A stretch of DNA of 61,578 nt, filler included, from Globobulimina sp. (taxonomy: Eukaryota), in NCBI GenBank assembly GCA_003354225.1. It is 20 parts of 20 records of this genome, joined end to end, with 100 filler letters (N's around TTAATTAATTAA, not from the genome) between each part and the next. Parts side by side here need not be neighbours in the genome. Positions count along the whole stretch, not along the records: positions 49,355 to 52,335 come from PIVH01004145.1; positions 52,436 to 55,416 come from PIVH01004146.1; positions 55,517 to 58,497 come from PIVH01004147.1; positions 58,598 to 61,578 come from PIVH01004148.1; 16 more parts are not named here. One strand, given 5' to 3'. Below the pieces are notes generated by a model, which was not told the DNA's origin, did no database searches, and worked only from the letters and a program-made list of their open reading frames with translations. Positions 50,472 through 61,578 of this stretch are shown piece after piece. The translations under genes and the position numbers were made by a program. How positions within the stretch are numbered: the first letter of the stretch is position 1; every line of letters begins with the position of its first letter.

Positions 50472-52052
50472 TTTCTTTTTTATACAATCCATTATATATT
50501 TACAACCAAAACATATCTGAAAACAGCAATATTAAAGATTCAAAGCAATCCATTCTCAGATTGGAAATATGATAAAGAAGAAGAATACTTTCCATCCATA
50601 AAAAAATCCAAATCCAAATCTGGTCCTAAAATAATACTTGATTCCGACGAGCATAAATTTGAGAGTCCTTATATTAAAATAAAAAAACAGAAAAATCCAT
50701 CATTTTCTTACCAATCGCAACCGCAAAATCAAGATATTTTCTCTTCACTCCAACCATTAATAAAACACACAAAAGAGACACACGATGATGATGAAAAAAT
50801 AGAATCTGAATCCGAGTCTGACTCAAATTCAAATTCAATAATTGCAGAAAAACAGCATCAAAACTATCAAGTTACAAAATACAACGAATGGAAAGCAAAA
50901 CAGATTGAAACGAAAGAATTTATTCCAAGGTCCGATCATTATAAACCAAGAACGTTGCAAGATTTTAAAAATTGGAACATTAAACAAGATGAAATATTAA
51001 AATACAAAGAAAAACAACATAGAAACATCACAGAGGAAGAAACATTACGTTCCTATGATTTACTTCGTAGCGGACATATTATCAAAGCATTGCAACCACC
51101 AAATACAACACATTCAAACTCCGATGGCATAAACCAATACAACACAAACTCCGACGATACATTAGCATTATCCACCAAACATAAGTTTGATTTCCATGGC
51201 GATGCAACGTACGTTATTGAAGGAGTTAAATATTTTGAATATTATGTCGCTAAATATGCATATTTTTTTACTTTTGGACTTGTGAAAATATCCATTTTAT
51301 CCTCAGTGTCATTATATTTGTTATTGTATCAAAACTATGTCTCACAAAATGAATTAATCGATTTACTACAAGCGATGCAACCATTCAATGCATCAACTAT
51401 TTCTATCGCAAAATCTGACCATTTATCGGATATTTTGTACAATGCATTGGTTGGTTCGTGCGTGTTGCCAATAATTATAACATCGGGGATTTATGCAAAA
51501 TGCAAAGGTGAATGGTGGGAATATAAGGCACTCAAAAAAAATCCAAAAGAAAATGTGAATTTGAAAACAGATGTATTGACCTTGCAAAATAAAGGAAATG
51601 TATCTGGCTCGAAAATAATTTATGAGATTGCATTGATCCGTGAACGAAGAAAGGAGAGAAAGAATGCATTGGCGCCTTTGTACGATGTGGTGGATATTTC
51701 AGAAACATTTAGTCCGCATAGAAAAAGTGGTCTGAGCAGTGGCGGCGGAATGCCTTTTACGCCAAAAAAAATGGCTGAAAAAGGCATGAAAATGAATAAA
51801 TTTATAAAGAAACATGGAGTTTCAAATGGAATTGCTTTATGGATGTCAACCTCGTTCAGTGCAACGGATCCGCGGCGTGCTGGGTCTACGCAGAATTTTG
51901 GTTTGTTGAAATTGCAAACGAGATTGGATGAATTTGGTCGGGTTATACCGGGCTGGCAACGACAAAACACGAAGTTGTGGATTATGCCAACTGTTGCTAT
52001 TTTTTTGTTTTTTCCATGTTTTGGTGATTGGCTGCTTGCATGGACTGCTTAA
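50472..52052 (+). CDS. Hypothetical membrane protein, start undefined
   Basis: The frame is open from 50472 with no ATG in the first ~900 nt. About three hydrophobic segments. Confidence 0.5.
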   Translation, partial: FLFYTIHYIFTTKTYLKTAILKIQSNPFSDWKYDKEEEYFPSIKKSKSKSGPKIILDSDEHKFESPYIKIKKQKNPSFSYQSQPQNQDIFSSLQPLIKHTKETHDDDEKIESESESDSNSNSIIAEKQHQNYQVTKYNEWKAKQIETKEFIPRSDHYKPRTLQDFKNWNIKQDEILKYKEKQHRNITEEETLRSYDLLRSGHIIKALQPPNTTHSNSDGINQYNTNSDDTLALSTKHKFDFHGDATYVIEGVKYFEYYVAKYAYFFTFGLVKISILSSVSLYLLLYQNYVSQNELIDLLQAMQPFNASTISIAKSDHLSDILYNALVGSCVLPIIITSGIYAKCKGEWWEYKALKKNPKENVNLKTDVLTLQNKGNVSGSKIIYEIALIRERRKERKNALAPLYDVVDISETFSPHRKSGLSSGGGMPFTPKKMAEKGMKMNKFIKKHGVSNGIALWMSTSFSATDPRRAGSTQNFGLLKLQTRLDEFGRVIPGWQRQNTKLWIMPTVAIFLFFPCFGDWLLAWTA

Positions 52053-52512
52053 TTAAAAAACTTTGCGTTGAAAAAACTTTACGTACTACACTAAGTTGGT
52101 AAATCAGTTTGATCATTTGCCATAGTAGTGGGGGCACATTCAGCCAGGAAGTAAGTCTGGCTCCATAATCACCGATTGCTGGAACATCCGGCGAGGTTGC
52201 CATACAAAAAGAAAGTTTTTTTAGGTTGTCGGTGTTTAGTATACTATTATTTAGGTAGATAGTTAGGTGTTTGCTTCTAGGAAGGGTTACTTTTAAACAA
52301 ATAAGAAATCGACGTTTCGACAGAATACTGTCTTCNNNNNNNNNNNNNNNNNNNNNNNNNNNNNNNNNNNNNNNNNNNNTTAATTAATTAANNNNNNNNN
52401 NNNNNNNNNNNNNNNNNNNNNNNNNNNNNNNNNNNTGTCACAAAAAGATGATTGAAAATCACTTGATTGTTATATTAATTACAATTTTATTACATCAACA
52501 AGTTTCATATAT

Positions 52513-54841
52513 TTATTCAACATCACTGCCATCATAAACAATGGAACAATATTTTCTGAGCTCAGGACTGTTTATAGGATATGCATATACTGTCAATATT
52601 GTATCATAAAATGAAAATTCAATCATCATACATAACTCCACAGATGTCTCCGGAAATATTATTTTGAATTCCCCCAATTTCGTGGCATCTTGAACAGTCT
52701 CTGGTATCTCAACATTATCCTTTCCACAATATATCACAATGGCAACTTGTTTAATATCCGCACTCTTTCGATATTTCTTTATGCGCCAAATATGATTCAT
52801 CAATATCTCCTCTCCTTTAATGCAGAGACACTGCCCTTTCCCTAAAATACCACGAACCATTTTAATATTACCCTTTGTGGTCAATGTATGACTAACAATG
52901 AATTGTTTGCTTAAATTCATACTTTTATTAATATCCTTTTTTAATATGGACCCTTCGATGCAATATGTTCTCTGTAATATTCTGCTTTGAACAAAATTCT
53001 GTATTATTCCAAATCTCGCCGCGCCGCAAACAACTGATAAAATACCATTTACCGGCACTATTATTATTATTTTATACTCTGAATCCATACCAAATGCCTC
53101 AACCATTTCGTCCTGAAAATAGTAATTTTGTGATAAGCCACCGACCATAAATATATATTTACATTGTCCGTCTTTCATAGCCTCATTTTCCAAAATATAA
53201 ATACAATCTTCAATGATTTTTTGAACACAAGAATCAAATATTTTCTTCCATACAGTTATGCTTAAATGCAACCAATCACTTTGCAATTCCACTAATCTGT
53301 ACATATCACATCACATAATTCACACTCACACAACTCACCAAACACAAAAACAACTTAACGGTTCGCCACAATAACAATAACAATTATAAACCTCTTGAAT
53401 ATTCGATAACTTTTCTACCAAACCAACATTGTGAGTCTTGTGACGTTTTTGCATAAAATTTACAAAAGGTTGAGGCAATAGAATCGAATGCCATTTTTTA
53501 TCTGCAACTTCTTGAAAGGAATCCTTTGCCAACGCACAATTCTCCAACAACTTCACCCACATTTGATGCTGCTGCGTTTTAAATAATGCCATTTTATCTT
53601 TGTCAAATAACTGTTTTAAAACCTGCATAATTGCGAGGTCAATTTGCGACGACGCATAAGCGCCACCTTTCACATTGACAACTTCTCGAACACCAAACTT
53701 GCACTCAACTGCATGCGAAACAATGTCGACAGTACCACCTCCTGCATCAATTAAAATGTATTTGTCGCCTGATCTCAGCACAAGATTCCCTTCGATCTCT
53801 TTTGAATGCGAGGGTTTGGACAAAATCCTCAATTGGTTATACTGTTTGGTATGTATTAAATATTGAACGTCTAAGGCAGCACATTCGGGTTCTAACGCCA
53901 TACGCAGCTGGTTGCGAATCAGTGGATTTATTAAACCCGCTTTGATTCCCCACCGCTTCATATCACATTTTGCTTTGTCACTCCATATGCCTGGAATGGT
54001 TAATATCCATTGAATATCATCGCAAGTTATCTCATTCAGATGGTTTATATTGCTTTTTATATATTTTATTGCTTCGGATTTGAAATATTTTAATGTTTCG
54101 ATAAACACATGTTCAGTACAATAATTTGCATCTTCTCTGTCCAGCATTTGTTTGCATAAATTGACTTTGTTTTGTTTTGAATAAGAACGTGTTCTGTCAC
54201 GTGGCGTTCCGTCGACGTCATTGTTATTTGGAACATCTGACAATGAATTGTGATATACAGAATCGACATCTTTTTTCCATCTCGGATCACGGAATAACTT
54301 CATTTTGAACCTTTCAAATAACTTAAATCCAGTGTTATTGAGTAAATTCTCGTATGTATTGACAGCTTGTTTGCCAAACATAAATAATTCGTTATGTTTA
54401 TCCAATAAAATAAATGCTTTCTTTTTTGCATAATTTTCTTCCTCACACCAACGATGTTCATAAACTTTGTTAACTTTAATTTCAATGTTTTGGTTTGCTT
54501 CTAGTGCTTGAAAATATTGCTTTTGTTCTTTCTCTTCATTTTCGTCATTCACTTCATTAATATTGGCGTCAATGCACATTCGATATGTGTCTTTTGTTGG
54601 TATTGAATATGCCAATCCTATGCATGTTGTTTTGATGTTTCATGTGTCAGATTTATATATTAAATATATTTTGTAGAATACACAAACCAACTCCATCTGT
54701 GCCAAAATCTATAGCACAGATTACCTTAAAATCGTCTTTAATTTGAGGTTTAATGTCTTCTTTTTGTTCTGGTTTGTCTTGCTTTTCGTCATCGTGGTGT
54801 TCAATGTCAGATGGTATTTCTGGACCACTGCAGTTACCCAT
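52513..54841 (-). CDS. HSPA12-like atypical Hsp70, full length; introns 54687-54618 and probably 53359-53297
   Basis: CAIDFGTDGVG|LAYS, FERFKMKL, QWILTIPGIWSDKAK, ALEPECAA, LIDAGGGTVD, FMVGGLS and LSVVCGAARFG. Confidence 0.92.
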
Positions 54842-55574
54842 GGTTGAAACTCATTTAATGTTTGTGTGAAAATCTTAATGTTAAGTCAAGTAAACATTTT
54901 TTAATTAAATGGAGAAAAGTTGACAAAACAGGGAGTCAGCAGGAAATAAATGATCACTTCTTTTCAAACTTATAATATTTTATAATATTCCATGACATTA
55001 TAATATTCCTTCTTTGCCTCTGCTTCATTTTTATCTTTATTATAATTGCCATATTTATCATAACCGTATTTATCGTATCTCTTCGTTCTGTCCTCTTCAA
55101 TTTTATATTTATCATAACCAGGCCTGAAATGTTGCGTTCATCGACTTGGAATGGGACTGCAATATGCAACAAATTGGGGTGACTGTGATTATTCTTGTCC
55201 GCAAAACGCATATTCAATTGATATTTCTTGGCTCAAGACCCGTAGTTTTTGCACTGAAAACCTTAACTACTAAAATCTGAATGAAACAGTCGAAAAACAT
55301 TATATTTTTTGCAATTGGTTTAGCAATGAATTACATCATTTATTTATATTTACTGCGTGGCAGTCATACAATCATTGTAACTCCCATCACTCGCATTGAT
55401 TACAACAAAACTAAAANNNNNNNNNNNNNNNNNNNNNNNNNNNNNNNNNNNNNNNNNNNNTTAATTAATTAANNNNNNNNNNNNNNNNNNNNNNNNNNNN
55501 NNNNNNNNNNNNNNNNGTAGTATTTGAGAATATCCAGTTTGCTGACAGGCCTTGATAAATCGACATCACCACCG

Positions 55575-56123
55575 TCAAGTGTGATTTTTGTGCCCATACG
55601 TTTTGCCAGTTCCAGGCGGGCCATATAATAATATTCCTTTCCATGGTTTCCTTTTACCAATGAATAATTGCGGAAATTTCATCGGCAAAATGACTGCTTC
55701 TTTTAAGAGTGATTTTGCTTTTTCTAATCCAGCCACTTGTGACCATGAAACATTTGGCTTTTCAACAATGACAGAACCACTGAGAGCAGCTTTTAATTTT
55801 GCAATTTCTTCGTTTTCGTTATTTGATATATCCATACCTTCTTTTGCTACTTTTTTTTCTTCTTTGCAGTGGTCCGCTGGTGCTGGTTTCGATAACACTT
55901 GTTTTATTTCTTCAGCGCGTTTTAAGTACTTTATGATTTTAGATTTTATGGCTACTGTTATTTGTTGGTTGCTTTTTTCATATTTCAATCCAACAAACAA
56001 ATAATTAATCCCTTTACAGTATAAAGTCAGTGCTTCTTCATATTTGTCTCGATTGTCCTCTTTGTCTGCAACAACCGCTTTTTGAATTGATTCGATTCCT
56101 TTGGAAACAAAACTCGTTGTCAT
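55575..56123 (-). CDS. VPS4: VPS4 AAA ATPase: MIT domain and start of AAA domain (3'-truncated)
   Basis: MIT domain (AVVADKE...YEEA...LKYEK...YLKRAEEIK), [33 protein letters not shown] and [16 protein letters not shown]. Confidence 0.95.
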   Translation of the reverse strand: MTTSFVSKGIESIQKAVVADKEDNRDKYEEALTLYCKGINYLFVGLKYEKSNQQITVAIKSKIIKYLKRAEEIKQVLSKPAPADHCKEEKKVAKEGMDISNNENEEIAKLKAALSGSVIVEKPNVSWSQVAGLEKAKSLLKEAVILPMKFPQLFIGKRKPWKGILLYGPPGTGKTYGHKNHT

Positions 56124-56277
56124 GCTAAGTTAAGTTTAGTTAACTACTTAGTACTTTTTAGTTGGAGTTTTATGTCAAATGTCAAATGTGAAAGAGAGAC
56201 AGAGTGCGCAAGTTTAAACAAGTTAGAAGTTGAGACAATTATATTATTAATTTAATATTATGTACTTATCCTTATCC

Positions 56278-57079
56278 TTATACTTGTGGTGCATTCATTT
56301 CCTGTCTTCTCATTCTTTGTTCATGATGTTTTTTATGTTGTCTTTGGCCAGAACGTGATTTTAAATATCGAGCTTTATTTAAGGCAACCATAAATTCATC
56401 ATAATTAGCATATGGCCAATACCAATCTTCGGCATGATCCCCATGTCTTAAGTTGTGCATATGATATGCTGTTCCGGGCTTAGGCGGTACTCCTTGGCTG
56501 GCCCACCGACGATGCAATATTAATTGTTGCTGTTCCCATGGTCTTTTTTCCTTTAATTTGTTTAGGCATATCCTTGCACTCTAACTATGTAATTAATTAT
56601 TAATCATCGACAAACTTAACTTGCTGTGGTCCGATACCTAATGTGATTACAGGTGGTCTTGTTGGATGATACCAATCTCGAAATACAGATGGATCGATAG
56701 ATTTTTTCTCTCTTATTGTCATGTATTGCCATTTGGTATATTTACGAACATCATATGAATCTATGGATGAATGAGCGGCGTCAGGCTCATACTCTTCATG
56801 CAATGTCCAATCAATTGACCAACCGCCTTGCACCCGTTCACGCGCCGACTCACCACCACCAATGTTGTGAAATGAAAATATTGACGAACCCATCACATCT
56901 GTTACTCCCGTTGCTAATCCTTCTTCATTGTACATTCTGTACGGATGATCAAAACCATCTATATACACATATACACATAAAAACAAAAATATTATACATT
57001 CATCACACATATTATACTTACATTTCCATATTTCATAGTAATATTTAGCACTGCTTTTTATCCGTGACACAAGCGACAT
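56278..57079 (-). CDS. Hypothetical multi-exon protein, possibly mitochondrial
   Basis: Coding-like segments separated by AT-rich intron-like gaps near 56960-57020 and 56585-56620. The basic N-terminus is MSLVSRIKSSAK. Confidence 0.5.
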
Positions 57080-57135
57080 GATCTAAAGATTTTCCATTCT
57101 TTAATTTTTTGGAGACTCAAATTGTTATCTTCGTA

Positions 57136-58497
57136 ATGGCAGAGCAACTGCCACCATCAAAGCGTCACCAATATGAACAAAACAAAGGCAGTGAGCAAAT
57201 TGATAATCCTTATTTGGATCCAAATCTTCTAAATACTTCAAAGAAGTCATTTTCACCCAATAACAATGCATCATTTATACAACAACATGGCATAAATAAG
57301 GCGGATTCAGATGATACTGACAGTACAAAGGTATAATACTCACTCCGCTGTGCAAGGATAATAATATATATTAATAATAACAACACGTCAGGAAAATGAT
57401 AATAATTCAAGTAATTCTTCAGGAGCAGGATCACCATTTGTAGTTCATCAAAATGGAATTCTTGATGGTAATCACCAAAATGGAATAAAACCATCCTCTC
57501 CATTTCAAGCCAATCAATCTATAAATACACAACAACGACAACGACAACGAGAAGAAGAAGAAGAAGAAGAAAAAAAAGAAGAAGAAAAGTATGAACAATC
57601 TGTTCCCAAAGGAAATGGAATCATTAGTGCCTATCACAAATATCCATTTTTTTCATTAGAGAGTGGATTGCATTCATTATTAACCGCTATAAATTTACCA
57701 ATTTCATCTGAAGTATTAATAACCGCATTAGCCTCGCCATCCATGATTCGTATTATCGAATTGCATGGCTTGACAGTCCGATCAATTGATATTAATTTAG
57801 AAAGCATGCAACCAACCGCGCCCATCCACGATTTAATTACAAATGAAACCAAATTAGTAATTGTTGGGCATTTATTTGGATTTAATATCGATATCGATAT
57901 GGATATGCACAGAATTAATGCAAATGGCATATTAATTATTGAAGATTGTTCACATACACATCCGGATGCTTCTCCTTATAGTGACATTAAAATGTATCAC
58001 TTTGACGACAGATATCCATCACAGTATGCCACGAATGGCGCATTATTTGAATTTAAAGATAAAATATTAATGCAGAAAGTGGCTAGTATCACGAATGCGT
58101 ATTCAGAGCAAAGTAGAATGGCATCATACTTATGGACGTCCATCATACCATATTTATTAGCACCATTAAAGAATAAATTTATATCACAAATGTTTGTAAT
58201 AATGTGTCATATATTAAGTATAAATTTAAACGAATGGTTTATCTCCAAATCAAAAAAGAATACAAAAGAATTCATGTCTTGGTTAGAAACGCAGCCATCG
58301 TCACATTTAATAAAGATGATAAATAATAAAATGAAACGTAAAATGAAGCAAAGCAACAAAAAAGTTGATACAATCAAGAAAAAGCGTGGCATTGCGTTGT
58401 CCACATTGACTGCTATCAGCAATATAGTGATTGTGGGCAAATCATCATTTAATAGCAAGAGTGCCCAATCCTCATTTAATGCGTTCCCTCTTTGTAT
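57136..58497 (+). CDS. DegT/DnrJ/EryC1/StrS-like PLP-fold protein, divergent (3'-partial); intron 57331-57391
   Basis: GLHSLLTAINL...SEVLITA...IDIN...TKLVIVGHLFG...GILIIEDCSH, with an in-frame 61-bp intron. Confidence 0.75.
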
Positions 58498-58736
58498 NNN
58501 NNNNNNNNNNNNNNNNNNNNNNNNNNNNNNNNNNNNNNNNNTTAATTAATTAANNNNNNNNNNNNNNNNNNNNNNNNNNNNNNNNNNNNNNNNNNNNCTG
58601 TAAACTGATATCGGACATTTTTAGCAATATTAAATACCCTCCGAATGAGATCCATTTCTCGCATAATAAAATAACAAATATCGGCTTTAATTCAATTATC
58701 GATTTCGTTAAAATCCGCAATGAAAACGGTAGTGCA

Positions 58737-61553
58737 TTGTTGAGCTATCCACTGCGATATTATAGGATAAAATATTGGCCGTCAATACAGGACACAGCAC
58801 CGTTATGGCTCAGGATTGACAACAATTATATTAAAATAGACGACGCCAAAGCATATATGCAAGAAAATAATATCACTGTTTGCTATGCTCTCAATTTTTT
58901 ATCCCCAAAATTCAAAACCAACGACACGAACCACTGCGACGCAATGCATTGTGTTATGGATAATGTTGTAAAGTATTATGATAAACATTTGATTGACTAT
59001 AAACAAAAAGGACAAAAAGAAAAATATAGCAAACATTTGAATAGCAAATGTAGGAAATGTGAAAAACTAAGAAAAGGTAAAAAGAGAAAAGTTGTAATCT
59101 GTAACCGCTGTCTAGCAAAAGCAAAATTTATTGATAGAGAGCAGACAGAGAGCGATTTGTCATTGAAAGTGGAGGAGATAATGCAGGATAAAAAAATGAG
59201 TATGGATCAAAAAATTGAGGCCATGGAAGCGATCGCAGCGCAGCAAGACATTGCAAATAAAAAACAGGAACACACATTTAATAAAACCGTGGTTAATAAG
59301 GAAGTAAAGTTAATAAACAAAGCCGAATCTGAGGAAGCAAAGTTAGTCAAATGGGTTTGGGGCCAATCTGATGATGAAAAGGAACCGGATAACATCCAAG
59401 AGATAGAAGAAAATGTCTGCGCAGAAAAAAAAGACGAAGAGACCGAGAGCGCAGAAAAAAAAGAGGAGGAGACTGAAAGCGAAGAGAATGTAGAAAATGA
59501 AGCAGAATTGTTTGAAAATGAATTTTTTATGCAAAGTATATGTGAATTGCCTCCCAATTATGACATTGCAATGCTTCATTTGCAGAAATTTGACAGTCAA
59601 AGAAAAGCAGCAATCACCAATAAAATAGTAACCATGGCATTGGCGGATGAAAAAGAAACGGAAAACGAGAAGGACAACAAAATCGAAATAGAAAAAGCAA
59701 TCAGTTACATATCCAATGATGATGATGAGGATAATATATGTTGTGATAAGAGCGAATATTTGAACAATATGATTGATAGCTCCTCCACGCCATTATTTAT
59801 AATGTGCGACACCAACAGCATCCTTCGGATGGTGTCATTGCCCCGGAAGTCTGCCATGAATTATTGGGAAACTATGCTGACTCACACCCAAAAGATACAA
59901 TATGTGCTACATTTTAGCATTCGGGAGATATTGCACAAAGAGAAGTTTTTGTCGAGTTCGGAAATGTATAAAAGGAAGCTACGCATTGAAATATTGCCCG
60001 CGTTGCAGTTGCATTTGAATACGGATGAAATTCACGAAATTGGTGAGAAATTAATCAAAGTGCCATTTAAAGTATTATTAAAAAGCAAGAATAAAAACAA
60101 AGTGTACTCCGACTCCAATGCCCAGGACAGAAATATTATTATTGCTCAAATGTATCGCTTTTCTGCGTTATTTGCAGATAAATTTGTTGGCAAAAAACTC
60201 AGCGAGCAATCCAAAGTAATACGGCAATATATATTTAACGACATTGGTTATGAATGTCCGCCGGAATTACTTAAGAAATTTAAATCGCTGACTTCAAAAT
60301 ATTCCAAGCAATATCACGGGCAAAATACGCTGGAATCCGGAAAAATATTCACATTAAATACATTGATTGAGAAAGCAGAGCAGAATGCATTTGGATTTAA
60401 CAATGATGAGATCAGCAAATGCGAGCAAACGTGCGTCTTAATACCGCATACAGTGACTTTGGAATTGGAACACATAAAAAAGGACACCTCTCGTACCAAA
60501 ACTAAAGGCGATTTGTGGCGCGTGCAGAAGTTGTGCGGTTCGGGTGGTTTATTGGAGAGATTGTGCGTGTGTTCAGGCTGCGACATCTTAGGCAGCGAAC
60601 AGGGCGAAGCTCACTTGCAATACAAATATGGTAAGAAAGATAATGATTTTACCATCATTTCCATCGCAAAGTATTACAGTACGTTGTTGAATAATGAACA
60701 CAATTTAGGCTTTGTTTTGATTACCAACGACAAAGCCATGTATACCATAGCTTGTGGCAAACATATTCCTGTGGTATCCCTGGATACATTGAATGGACAG
60801 TTGCAGAGAGAGCAGGGAGACCAGGCATGGAATGCAAGCTATTTAAGGAAGGTATTGAGTGAAGTAGGTTTTGTTGGAGGCTTTGTCAAGAAACATTTAA
60901 TTAAAAATGCGGTAAACCTATTAAAAACAAATAAAATTAATCATGAGAAGAATGTTGTTGTTGTTGATAGCGATGAAAGTGAGGTTAAAAAAGCAGTAAA
61001 TAGTGAGGAGGATATGTTGGAGTTAGAAATTCGACGAAAACAGGTTGAGAATTACATGGCAATGGAACGAGGCTATGCGTATGAATTATTTTCGTCGGTC
61101 ATGTTGACCAATGATTTAATTGTTACGTTGCAGGATATATTAAAAAATCGTGATTCTACGGCGATTATGCAGCAAATATATAAGAATAAAGTTGCAAATT
61201 TGCAATCATTGGTTCGCAATTCACATAAAAAATGGAGTCAAATAATAAATGATTTCCAATCGAGATATAATGATATTGCTATAAATGAAACAGATGACAA
61301 TGACAATAATGAGATGACTGGAAACGAAGCAGATGATAATGAAGAAAAAAAGGAAAAAAAAGAAACAAATAATATTTATTTGGATGATACTATACCGGAA
61401 ATAAAGATGTTTCATGCGGATGATGTGAATGATGTGAATGCATATGATTTAGAGTTAGATTTAGATGATGTGAATGCATACGATATAAATGATGATTTGC
61501 ATGGACAGAATGAGGAGGATCCGGATGCCGAGAATGATGACAAGGATTCATAG
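58737..61553 (+). CDS. Large acidic protein with SWT1/SMG6-type PIN-domain motifs
   Basis: IMCDTNS (~59800), VLIPHTVTLELEHIK (~60435), DNDFTII (~60640) and LITNDKAM...HIPVV (~60725). An N-terminal CxxC...CxxC pair is present. The start codon is uncertain. Confidence 0.7.
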   Translation: MLSYPLRYYRIKYWPSIQDTAPLWLRIDNNYIKIDDAKAYMQENNITVCYALNFLSPKFKTNDTNHCDAMHCVMDNVVKYYDKHLIDYKQKGQKEKYSKHLNSKCRKCEKLRKGKKRKVVICNRCLAKAKFIDREQTESDLSLKVEEIMQDKKMSMDQKIEAMEAIAAQQDIANKKQEHTFNKTVVNKEVKLINKAESEEAKLVKWVWGQSDDEKEPDNIQEIEENVCAEKKDEETESAEKKEEETESEENVENEAELFENEFFMQSICELPPNYDIAMLHLQKFDSQRKAAITNKIVTMALADEKETENEKDNKIEIEKAISYISNDDDEDNICCDKSEYLNNMIDSSSTPLFIMCDTNSILRMVSLPRKSAMNYWETMLTHTQKIQYVLHFSIREILHKEKFLSSSEMYKRKLRIEILPALQLHLNTDEIHEIGEKLIKVPFKVLLKSKNKNKVYSDSNAQDRNIIIAQMYRFSALFADKFVGKKLSEQSKVIRQYIFNDIGYECPPELLKKFKSLTSKYSKQYHGQNTLESGKIFTLNTLIEKAEQNAFGFNNDEISKCEQTCVLIPHTVTLELEHIKKDTSRTKTKGDLWRVQKLCGSGGLLERLCVCSGCDILGSEQGEAHLQYKYGKKDNDFTIISIAKYYSTLLNNEHNLGFVLITNDKAMYTIACGKHIPVVSLDTLNGQLQREQGDQAWNASYLRKVLSEVGFVGGFVKKHLIKNAVNLLKTNKINHEKNVVVVDSDESEVKKAVNSEEDMLELEIRRKQVENYMAMERGYAYELFSSVMLTNDLIVTLQDILKNRDSTAIMQQIYKNKVANLQSLVRNSHKKWSQIINDFQSRYNDIAINETDDNDNNEMTGNEADDNEEKKEKKETNNIYLDDTIPEIKMFHADDVNDVNAYDLELDLDDVNAYDINDDLHGQNEEDPDAENDDKDS

Positions 61554-61578
61554 GACAGTGTTTTGCCACCGCCTTTAA

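Noticed and set aside
53297-53340. In-frame TGA (selenocysteine or readthrough) created by splicing at the GTGAGT donor in the HSPA12-like gene
   Set aside because: An upstream phase-2 donor (CC|GTTAAG, 53359) gives a normal 63-bp intron with no stop, and GTTAAG donors are used elsewhere in the window.
2987-58597. Regularly spaced TTAATTAATTAA palindromes every ~3.08 kb, suggesting nanochromosomes or a repeat system
   Set aside because: They sit inside fixed N padding between length-sorted contigs. This is a concatenation linker, and genes are cut at these points.
1-61578. Giant-virus origin for AT-rich, densely packed genes
   Set aside because: Spliceosomal introns are frequent, the genes are cellular housekeeping types, and no NCLDV core genes were recognised.

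Overview
This window is not a contiguous locus. It holds 20 unrelated contigs of 2,981-2,986 bp, sorted by decreasing length and joined by artificial 100-bp spacers (N44-TTAATTAATTAA-N44), so adjacency across spacers has no meaning. Most contigs are AT-rich, gene-dense eukaryotic DNA with short (about 50-80 bp) GT-AG introns. A divergent alpha2-type tubulin tail, RGS/7TM proteins, two HSPA12-like genes and Cys-rich/PT-repeat membrane proteins suggest a foraminiferan or other retarian (inference). Recognisable genes include USO1/p115, NAT9, eIF2-alpha, a ZnT5/7-like CDF transporter, NAXD, DDX55/SPB4, WDR6, RGP1, a class A DnaJ, VPS4, and a decayed APE-RT LINE. Several contigs look chimeric, including bacterial DNA fused to eukaryotic genes. 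The strongest observation is an intact, spliced eIF2-alpha with Gln at the Ser51-equivalent phosphosite and KHFID in place of the KGYID kinase-recognition motif, which suggests escape from canonical integrated-stress-response control. Other candidates are a vWA module fused to two different RNA-binding modules, a CCCH/RRM/MIF4G protein, a split or duplicated PIN nuclease, and head-to-head gene pairs only about 55-135 bp apart. All family calls come from motif recognition by eye; no searches were run.
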